Assembly: GCA_024346625.1 (NCBI GenBank)
Contig: AP024664.1
Location: 1,550,001-1,614,000 of the forward strand
Length of the DNA stretch: 64,000 nt
DNA from: Williopsis jadinii
Taxonomy: Eukaryota
Direction: 5' to 3'
Shown: positions 55,355-64,000 of the stretch, in pieces
Layout of the letters: every line of letters starts with the position of its first letter
Numbering within the stretch: position 1 is the stretch's first letter
Made by a program: the position numbers and the translations under genes
The notes under the pieces: generated by a model
The model's input: only the letters and a program-made list of their open reading frames with translations
What the model was told of the DNA's origin: nothing
Database searches by the model: none

Positions 55355-57844
55355 TGTTGTAACCTTGTACTTTTAGCGATGATTTTAAACCATAGAGTTG
55401 TTATTCAAAGGAGGGAACAGTGGCCCTCTTCTATAACTGAGAATATAGCTGATTGAATTAGAATTCGCTCAAACCAAAATCACCGGTGTGATTATTTACT
55501 CATGAGTTGGCAGCTGTGTACCATCAATGTGTTTTTCCTTCCCATATGTTGATATTATCTTCAGGTTGACCTTTATCAACCTCTAATGCCTCATACCTTC
55601 TCGGTATTTGTATCCTGTTGTTGTGTCCATCAATGCAACTATATGTACTCTTACTCACTTCTCCTGCGTCAGGACTCTTCAGGAGCGGGAAACAAGATGT
55701 AACTTTAGTAGCAAGTTCCAAGTTGCAACTCTTTAACAGATATGAACACCTGGTATTATTTATTGGTTTGAGCCTACAGATTTGTAGCCTAGATATAAGT
55801 TTGGTGTGGAAGCTATAATATTCATCTTTAGCCAAAGGTGTTTGTGGTTGACATTCGATCGTAAAGTGTCTCAATGTATAACAAAGGCTCGGTAAATGGT
55901 ACAGCATCACGGCTTTTCTAGTTTTGGCATGTCTTGTTTACTCTATTCCAATGAAATCATCGCAATATGTATACCAATACCTGTTTCCTGGCTCAGGAGT
56001 TATAACTTAAAGATCTCATATATCAAAAATGCTCTATTTGAGGTTCACTTTATAGGATGATATGCAACCTAGCAATTGTCATGTTATCATAGGCTGAGGT
56101 ATATATCTGTGAGCATATCTCATGAAGGAAGATATGGGGGAAGCCACTGGTTTAGCACTTTTGATTGTCAAAGGCCACAGATCAGTTAAATCGACAATTA
56201 TGACGGTTGTATCAATATTAAACAGCGTTATAACTGTGGTGTTGTTGCCAAGTTATGATAGCATCATTGGTATTTCCCAGTTATGCACCTCGTCCTATCT
56301 TAACTGAACAAGCTTGACTCCAAATTAACAGACACTTGACCCAACAGGTAAAGTATAGATTAGAATAGGTAAATAAACTGGAAAACACCCTCTCGATAAA
56401 CATTGCTGAGTATCGTTTCTGTATTCTGGTCAAGGTCTTAAAGCCAAGAACTAATACGCATAAATTTCACACATATGCATATGCCAATTTACATCTAGAG
56501 GATTTACTCACCTTAACTACTTGAATTTGTCCCTAAGAGGTGCAATGGGTCTCAAGAGCAGAAAGGTTGTATCTACCTGTTATTTTCAGAGTTGGACGTG
56601 TGTGTAAATGACACGCACTTGCCACTTCACTGATTGCATGATTCATAAGCACTTTTTGAGTATTCACCATGTTGAATAAATCTTAATAAGCCGTGAACCA
56701 ATAAGATCACACTGTGGCATCAGATAGCTATCTCACCAGTGAGTGAGAGCCACTAACTAGCAGGGTATGTTCTTTGAAATTTGTGAGCTTTATTGCTTCA
56801 TCCAAATTGAAACGAAGATCAACCAATGGTAATCATTTTAACAAAAACTCAGCTCCATGTTTTCCTCTTCGTGTTCAAAGTCTTTGGGACACGGGGAAAT
56901 GTTTTTGCTCTCTATTTATTGAAATGAATCAAAGGTAAGCAACTTGTGGAGAAAAGCAGCTTCATCAGTTGCTTTGTTAAGGGTATACACGATATATTTC
57001 CCAATTTACAATTCACCTGAATGATCTTCTCGCAAATGTTGAGGAAGAAGTCCCAACGCATGAAAGCTGAGACCTGTATCGAATACATGGACTTCAAGTT
57101 CCAACTCTATGCTTAAGTCATAGATTGTTGAAGTGGTGTTTTCTCGAATACCTGTTCATCCCAACCCACTGAATTTACTTAAAGATGGCTTGCTGAGTGA
57201 CTCAGTGAAGTATTGCACTTGTACATGTGAATAAATGAAGCCTCAATCAACACTGACCAATTCCAACAGTTTAGGGATATCATGGAATGGAAAACATGGA
57301 AACAATATTGATATTTAACAACAATAATCTGATAATAACAGGAATATCATACATGATTTAACATATTTTATTTAAAACTGATACGTTCATTTTGCATCAG
57401 AATATTCAAGCAAAGACCAATGACACTGACTTAGTATAAAAAACGATTGCAGTAGACATTTGTTGAATCATATTGAATTACATATTACAAGATAACATAA
57501 CACAATAACACCATAACATCTCTCCTAAAACCATAACGATTATCAAAACATCGTCGTGTATAATTGTTCCAGCATTATGGAACGATTATCGTCTCTTAGC
57601 GCAGTTTGGGCATGTAACACCCGAACACCTTCACTAAAGACGATACATCGTAAAGGAGTATCACCGTACCTAAGCAGACACATTGGCCGTTGATTTGGTA
57701 TAATTTGGACCCACTGAGGGACCCAAATGGGTAAATGACAACTGAGCATCCCAGAAGGATTAGTATTCAGTGATAACTTTATAAGCAAGACAGCCTTCTT
57801 CAAACCAACTTCCCAAACAATATTGACCAACGCATCAACAATAC

Positions 57845-57931
57845 CTCTCGGTGGCCAAGTTGGTTTAAGGCGTCAGACTGTAATGTTACAAAGTCATCTG
57901 AACATCGGGCGTTCGAATCGCCCCCGAGAGA
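57845..57931 (+). tRNA. tRNA-Tyr(GUA) with 12-nt intron (57884-57895)
   Basis: CTCTCGG...CCGAGAGA acceptor, TCAGA-CTGTAA[intron]A-TCTGA; intron TTACA pairs with the anticodon loop; T-run terminator. Confidence 0.96.
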
Positions 57932-58154
57932 TTTATTTTTTTTCCTCGGAAAATTCATACACCATAAATCGGTAGGGGACACAGATTGTGCTACCGGGGC
58001 AACACAAAATTCATCGCTGCTTCCACCGCATTTCCGATTCGATGCGCAATTGGCTCTTTTTACATCTGGTGAACTGTTCTCCGGAGCTGAATTGACATTT
58101 CAACGTTGTTGCTGTGTGTCAGGACGTGAATACAAAGCACAAATCAACGTGAAA

Positions 58155-58859
58155 ATGGTGAAATCGATCATTGCTCCTTCAATTTTGGCCTGTGACTTTG
58201 CCAACCTGGGCTGTGAATGCCACAAGGTTCTTGGTGCCGGTGCTGACTGGTTGCACATTGATGTCATGGATGGCCACTTCGTTCCAAACATCACCCTTGG
58301 TGTTCCAATCGTTGATTCCCTGCGTAAGGCAGTTCCCCGTGGCGATGGTGTTTCCAAGCCAAAGGCTTTCTTCGATTGCCATATGATGGTTGCAGAACCG
58401 GAGAAGTGGGTTGGTGAGTTTGCCAAAGTTGGTGCTGACCAGTTCACCTTCCATTACGAGGCCACTGAGAACCCACTTGAGTTGGTGAAACTCATCAAGA
58501 GCCACAACATCAGAGCAGCCTGTGCTATCAAGCCAGGTACTCCAGTTGATGTTCTCTATGAGTTGGCCCCATATCTCGATATGGCATTGGTTATGACCGT
58601 TGAGCCAGGTTTCGGTGGTCAGAAGTTCATGCCTGAGATGATGCCAAAGGTTGAAGCCTTGAGAGCCAAGTTCCCAAAGTTGGACATTCAAGTCGATGGT
58701 GGTTTGGGTGCCGCAACCATCCCACAGGCTGCAAAGGCTGGTGCCAATGTCATCGTTGCTGGTACTGCCATCTTTGCTGCCCCATCTCCAGAACAGATTA
58801 TTCGTATCTTGAGATCTGAAGTTGACCAAGAGCTAGAGGCCAAGGGATTGAAGGATTGA
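58155..58859 (+). CDS. RPE1: Ribulose-5-phosphate 3-epimerase
   Basis: [50 protein letters not shown]. Confidence 0.97.
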   Translation: MVKSIIAPSILACDFANLGCECHKVLGAGADWLHIDVMDGHFVPNITLGVPIVDSLRKAVPRGDGVSKPKAFFDCHMMVAEPEKWVGEFAKVGADQFTFHYEATENPLELVKLIKSHNIRAACAIKPGTPVDVLYELAPYLDMALVMTVEPGFGGQKFMPEMMPKVEALRAKFPKLDIQVDGGLGAATIPQAAKAGANVIVAGTAIFAAPSPEQIIRILRSEVDQELEAKGLKD

Positions 58860-58985
58860 AATGAACGTATATCTACAAACGTGTACAAAAATTCAATAGC
58901 ACTATTATAACCGATGTACAAAAGAACCTCCCTAGATATTCAAACCCCAATTCTAGTCATAAAAATAAGATTACTAGAGCATCAA

Positions 58986-59462
58986 CTAAAACACTGGACC
59001 ACCAAGAGTAGTTCCTTCACCGTTGGCCTCCATTATGAAGCCTGATGCTGCACTGTCCTCAATGACTGACCAGAGAGCATCCTTAACGGTATTTATCTTT
59101 GATTTTTGAACCTGAGCTGCTGCTGGTTCGGCATCGTCAATCTCCATGCTGTCTTCAGCCTGTGCCTGGGCATCGATCAAGACCTGTTCGTTTCTCTTCG
59201 CAACGTATTTCTTGTTTCTTTCAATCTTTTTGAGTCTCTTGTTCGACAGGGTCTTCGTGGTGACCGCACCGGTTGGCTTAGCTCCAGAGTACAGCGCAAC
59301 AGCTGTGCTCTTTGGCAGGCCAGAAGACGACGATGTGCTAGAACGAGGTGGTGCAATAAGACCCTTTCTCACACGAGCAGCACGCTTCTTAGCAAGAGAC
59401 GCACGCTTTCTCGCCTGGTTTATTGTATCCTTTGGCTTGTTGACGGAGTTTCTGGAAGGCAT
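58986..59462 (-). CDS. ALB1: Pre-60S shuttling factor Alb1
   Basis: MPSRNSVNKPK, TTKTLSNKR.KKIERN.KY, GEGTTLG; adjacent to RPE1 as in S. cerevisiae. Confidence 0.88.
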   Translation of the reverse strand: MPSRNSVNKPKDTINQARKRASLAKKRAARVRKGLIAPPRSSTSSSSGLPKSTAVALYSGAKPTGAVTTKTLSNKRLKKIERNKKYVAKRNEQVLIDAQAQAEDSMEIDDAEPAAAQVQKSKINTVKDALWSVIEDSAASGFIMEANGEGTTLGGPVF

Positions 59463-59523
59463 GGCGTATCAGTCAGCTCAGCTTTATGAATATCTTCCTA
59501 TTCACACACCAACACCACGTCCC

Positions 59524-59562
59524 ATCTCATCTCATCTCATCGCAGCTGGCTTAAAAATTTTC
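59524..59562 (-). promoter_or_regulatory. Tandem PAC (GCGATGAG-ATGAG-ATGAG) plus RRPE-like (GAAAATTTTT) Ribi promoter of ALB1
   Basis: Motifs 60-100 bp upstream of a ribosome-biogenesis gene, in the usual RRPE-then-PAC order. Confidence 0.75.
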
Positions 59563-59808
59563 CCCCTATATAAAAAAGCCCTCGGAACTCGAGGCACTTG
59601 GGACAAAACGCCCTCGGATATGCCCAAGCGGACAATTGCCGTTTTGGGAATCATTGGACACCTTTCTTTTTTTGTCTCAAAGCGGAGCTCTTGACACTTT
59701 TTCTACACGGACATTTCATATCGTATAAGCATCTTCAAGACATCAGCAGAGGTTGCGGACACGCCAAAGGATTGCGAAAAAGCCTGTAAACAGTAGCTAC
59801 GGAGACAA

Positions 59809-61661
59809 ATGAGTTCGCTGGTGACTGAGGGTGGGCCTGGGAGCGTTGTTTTGAACGAGATCTCTGGGTTCAAGCCGATGTCCAGAGTGAAGGCCTCTCA
59901 TTGTGTCATTGGAGAAGGGAAGCTGTTCCTGTTTGGGGGGTTTGACGAAGATGACAAGCGTAAGTGTGTTGCTGATGGCGATGTGTGAATGTGCTACTAA
60001 CTCAGTGTATGATAGTGGACGGGTACGTCTACGTGCTCGACACCACGAGCAGCAGATGGGATTCTCGTCCGGGGCATGTCTATCGTGAGGGACACTCTGC
60101 TGTATACATCGGCGATGGGAAGGTGCTGATATATGGAGGGTGTACGAGTGACGTTACAGAGAGACAGGAGGAGTTCCACGGAGAAGAGATGCTACTGTAC
60201 AACACGGTGACGTGTACTTGGGAGGCTGTGGAGCAGAACGGGACTCCTCCGAAGCCGAGATCAAGACATGCTGCGACTCTGTCCACCAATGGTGAATTCA
60301 TGTTCATATCTGGAGGGCTGAAGCCGGAGAAGTTGGAGCCTTATGATGATATGTTTGCCTTCCACATACCAACTTCGACGTGGGGTGAACCAAGCCAATT
60401 TATAGGGAGATTTGACCACAGTCTGGTCCACCAGGGCGATAAGCTATGGGCATTTGGTGGGTTCAACAAGGAGACCGCACGTATCTCGGAACTCACGTGG
60501 TTTGACCTCAAGACCTATACGACAGGGACCACTCTGATACACCAGGCTCAAAAGGATGACATCTCTCATATCTTTGTCCAAACAGGCAATCCAGATTTTG
60601 TCCTTGATGTTGTTGTGCCTTCATGGTCGTGGGAACGCGTGAATCCGTGGGTCGGCGTATACGACTTGAGGAATCTGAGGCATAAAGTGGTTATATCACC
60701 AAACCTGAGCTATTTGTTGAACCACACGTGGAAGATCAGCTTCTTCACAAATGGCCGGCTTTACCTCGTGGGATACGCATTGACAGAGGAAACCATGGAT
60801 GCCACGTACGACTACGAGCTATCTCACATTCTGTCCATAAACTTCTCAGAGCTTTGCTCCAAACAGCACAGTGGCTCATGGACCTCTGATTTCGCCAAAC
60901 TGCTCTTCGATGAAAAGTTCAGTGACTACAAGATCTATGGATTATCACAGAACAACAGACTAGCTCGTTCTGACATACCGTTTGAAGAGCTCGAGTCCTT
61001 TAAATCGGAGCCAATACCCGTGCATAAGCTAATATTGTATTCCAGGTGGCCTCACTTTGAGATGATTGAGAACAGTGGGATGGCAGAATCACAGATTGGC
61101 TCATTATTTATACCTGAACCGGTGAAATGGGTGAAGGCATTCATAGAGTATCTCTATACAAACGACGTACATGATAGATCCACAGATATTGTCACTGGGC
61201 TGCTGATACTGAGTAACGTTTACAGATTGCCTGAATTGAGAGAAAAGGCATTATCGTGGCTCAATCCAATACCCATGGAACTGGGTGAGGTTTTGATGGT
61301 TTTGAGCAGGGCTAGGATCGCACAAGAGGAGATCATTGCCCATAACGCAGCGATGATCTGTCTGCAGAACTGGGGTGAACTGGTCCGTACAGAGGAATTT
61401 GCACAGCTAGACAAAGAGGATATCATTTCCCTATGCCAATTGGCCTCTCCAACGTCGTCAATTGTTGACACACCTGAATCAGCACAGAAGACAAGGGAAA
61501 GAAGTGCTGAGCTCTGCAACAGAGGAGACCATGGCGCAGCTAATATCGACTCATTCCCTGTGAGTTTTGCCTATCGGAACAGCGCCATGTTGAACGATAA
61601 CTGGATAGAGTCAGGGTCTCATTACTCAACAGCTACCTCGTTGGAATCTGAGGAAAGGTGA
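59809..61661 (+). CDS. Kelch-repeat + C-terminal BTB/POZ protein; exons 59809-59959 and 60016-61661
   Basis: Kelch GG motifs (LFLFGG, LIYGG, FISGG, WAFGG); BTB FSDY.I...IPVHKLIL.SRWPHF...FIEYLYT. Confidence 0.85.
59960..60015 (+). other. Spliceosomal intron (56 nt)
   Basis: GTAAGT...TACTAAC (59995-60001)...TAG; joins the first kelch repeat in frame. Confidence 0.88.
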
Positions 61662-61737
61662 ACGTAGCACTATGAACTAATACACAAACAATACAATAGC
61701 ACGAATGGAAACTCCCACGCGTTAGAATTAGGACAGC

Positions 61738-62926
61738 CTAGATACCACCAGCTTCCCTGTACCATCTAATACCTCTATCTAGAGATATTACGACTAAGCC
61801 ATCGTTGCTATCGCCACCTGCACCACCTCTCACGCCTGGTGGGATGAACTTCACCCCCACTGCAGAGCACAAGCCGTCTTCTTCCTCCACAATGTCCTCG
61901 TCGTCAACGTCGGTTGGCGACAGGTTTAACGTGGCTTCTCTTTCCCTGGTTTCAACGTTCCAAATACGAACTTTACCGTCATAGCCAGCTGTAGCCAAAT
62001 GTTCACCGGATTCGTTGAAGTCCACTTCAAACACCCAGTTCTCATGTGCGTAAGCACCAACACTTGTTGAAGTGGAGTGCGATGGGATCGTCAAGGAACC
62101 CACATTCTCACCGTACTTGGTATCGTACAGAGTCACTGTTCCATAAGAGCCGGAATCGGAAGCAATACTCAGTATCTTTCCCAAGGGAGAGAATCTCACG
62201 CATCTCACCGATGACGAGGACTGCGACGAGCCCTTCAGGCCAAAGCTGCGGAACGTGTACACCGCTTTCGCAGTGTCCAACTGCGTCAGCACAACATCAC
62301 CGTTCTGGTAGCCAGTCGCCAGTATGTTCTGTTCAGAGTTCAAGTCTAAACAAGTTGCGAATGACCCGGACTGTGATTTCACTTCGCCATGGGCCGTGAA
62401 GCTTGGTACACCGTCATCGCCAATCTCAAAGTTCCAAATCTTAGTAACACCGCAAGGTGTGGTGGCAGCAAGCTTATGAGCCTTGCCCAAGTGGTCTTTC
62501 AGGAACCTGACAGCCCAGTACGTGGACTTGGCCTCCAAGTCCACGTCCAGCCTCTCAATTCCACCCTGTTGAGTCACTCTCAACAACACTATCCTCCCTG
62601 AAAAGGTCACCGTGGCTATCAACGACATTCTTTCATTCTGGAACGTATCCTGGAACGAATCAACGTGGTGCAAGCCCGTCTTGTCGATGAACACCGACTC
62701 AACGTTATCCCTTGGCGCATCAACCTCTGTGATGGAGTTCTTCCAGAACTTCAGGAACCCATCACCAGAAGCAGTGACGGTGTGCTGCTTCGTCACAGTC
62801 ACAGCGTACACATCAGAGCCGTGCGAACGGCCAGCTGTTGCCGTCGAGATGAACTGCTTACTCTATTACACACGTTAGTTCATCAGCGTGCCGCGATCCT
62901 TCCTCTGTACAACTGTTACGTACCAT
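61738..62926 (-). CDS. SKI8: WD40 Ski complex/meiotic recombination protein; exons 62926-62924 (ATG) and 62862-61738
   Basis: M|SKQFISTATAGRSHGSDVY..., DSGSYGTVTLYDT.YGE, ends DRGIRWYREAGG; divergent from VAM7 as in S. cerevisiae. Confidence 0.93.
62863..62923 (-). other. Spliceosomal intron right after the ATG (61 nt)
   Basis: GTACGT 5'ss, AACTAAC branch, TAG 3'ss; restores the Ski8-like N-terminus. Confidence 0.85.
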
Positions 62927-63127
62927 GTTTGCTAGTCCTGTTGCTCTGGCTGGTGCCTGTCTGTCTGTCGGCCTGTGGACGTAGTAAACCGCTACGAGAT
63001 GCCCGGCTGGTGATTTTTTCTCCTTCCACAGGCGCTGAGACAGCGAGCCTGGAGCTGGTGGTGTGCGCCCTATCAACATCAACATCAACATCAACAAGGA
63101 GGAAGGGCCGCTGGAGTAGGCGGAAGG

Positions 63128-63171
63128 ACACAGGGCGGCACGCAAATACACAGGGCGGTACGCAAGGACAC
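63128..63171. repeat. 20-bp tandem duplication in the VAM7 5' leader
   Basis: acacagggcggcacgcaaat acacagggcggtacgcaagg acac. Confidence 0.75.
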
Positions 63172-63180
63172 GAGGCTCAG

Positions 63181-64000
63181 ATGGATATCAAGGTGACCAT
63201 CCCACACACGTCCACCAGCGACGACGGCAGCTATACGCAGTTCCACGTTCTCGTGAGAATAGGCGGGTCCAAGAGCTACACGCTGACGAAGCGGTACTCC
63301 GACTTTGCCACGCTGAAGAAGGAGTTGGAGTCGCTGTACTCCGATCAAATGCCCTACAGGTTCCCCAGGAAGACGTTTATAAGGAGTAGCGTCAAGAACG
63401 GTGCGCTTGCCGAGGAGAGAAGGGTTGTGCTGGAGCGGTTTCTGCAAGAATGTATAAACGATAAGATCAACACCAAGTGGAGGAAGTCGTTGCCGTTCAG
63501 AGAGTTTCTGAACCTGGCCCCTGGGACGTTCTCCAACACCAACGAGCAGACCAAAGAACTGGTTAAGGATGCGTGGGCCATGGCCCACAGGCACGACGGG
63601 CCGATAGTGGACGTCACAACATGGCTCGACACCGCCAGGGAGGCCAAGACGATGCTACAGGACGCCCGGTGCAAGGTGTTTGTTGATCCTGGCGAGTGTC
63701 GTAAGAAGCTGATACTGAGCAGAACAACGTTCGACGCGCTGTCCAGGGGGCTGGAGATGGCACAGATGGGCGACGGCGAGAGGAAGAGACGTGTTGACCT
63801 GCTCAACTCACTGAAGAGGGAGCACGGCGACGTCGAGTCTCTGCTTCGAAACGTCCATGACAGCGACGATGTCGGTGTGAAGAGGCCGCCTCCCATGGGC
63901 TCCAAGACAGAGCTGTTCAAAGGAAGACGTGTCATTGGAGAGCCGCAAGAGACAGATCGCACCAGGGCACTGGACAACCACCAACTGCTACAACTACAGA
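63181..64000 (+). CDS. VAM7: Vacuolar PX-domain SNARE; 3' end beyond the window
   Basis: Not in ORF track. MDIKVTIP...KRYSDFATLKKEL..FPRK (PX domain), later RVIGEPQETDRTRALDNHQLLQLQ leading into the SNARE region. Confidence 0.88.
   Translation, partial: MDIKVTIPHTSTSDDGSYTQFHVLVRIGGSKSYTLTKRYSDFATLKKELESLYSDQMPYRFPRKTFIRSSVKNGALAEERRVVLERFLQECINDKINTKWRKSLPFREFLNLAPGTFSNTNEQTKELVKDAWAMAHRHDGPIVDVTTWLDTAREAKTMLQDARCKVFVDPGECRKKLILSRTTFDALSRGLEMAQMGDGERKRRVDLLNSLKREHGDVESLLRNVHDSDDVGVKRPPPMGSKTELFKGRRVIGEPQETDRTRALDNHQLLQLQ

Noticed and set aside
57461..57840. TGTTGA...TCAACA as a solo LTR abutting tRNA-Tyr
   Set aside because: No target-site duplication; TCAACA also precedes tRNA-Ala and fits the known Pol III start-site motif.

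Overview
Eukaryotic DNA from a budding yeast (Saccharomycotina). It uses the standard genetic code (conserved Leu of Rpe1 'FANLG' is CTG), has a pre-WGD-like gene order and short spliceosomal introns. A Phaffomycetaceae species such as Cyberlindnera is my best guess, not proven. The window holds 26 protein genes in order: NTE1 (partial), ERV29, YOR1-type ABCC, NFU1, PES4/MIP6-like, HHO1, TBF1, STE4, TAF14, a SPO19-position GPI protein, an orphan Myb/SANT protein, YAT1, a GPI wall protein, MSN1, HRP1, TRM11, YPT11, a lysine methyltransferase, MRPS17, two secreted amphipathic paralogs, RPE1, ALB1, a kelch-BTB protein, SKI8 and VAM7 (partial). It also holds three tRNAs: Leu-AAG, Ala-UGC and Tyr-GUA (with intron). 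Four spliceosomal introns missed by the ORF track were reconstructed. Most interesting: (1) a strand-polarised TGTCY|RGACA motif architecture repeated in many promoters; (2) a PIF/Harbinger-type Myb/SANT orphan beside a 7.8 kb AT-rich gene desert (centromere or lncRNA candidate); (3) a tandem pair of unknown secreted amphipathic-helix proteins; (4) a tRNA-less Pol III B box in the TBF1 promoter. Gene names come from motif recognition and remembered S. cerevisiae homologs and synteny; no database search was run.
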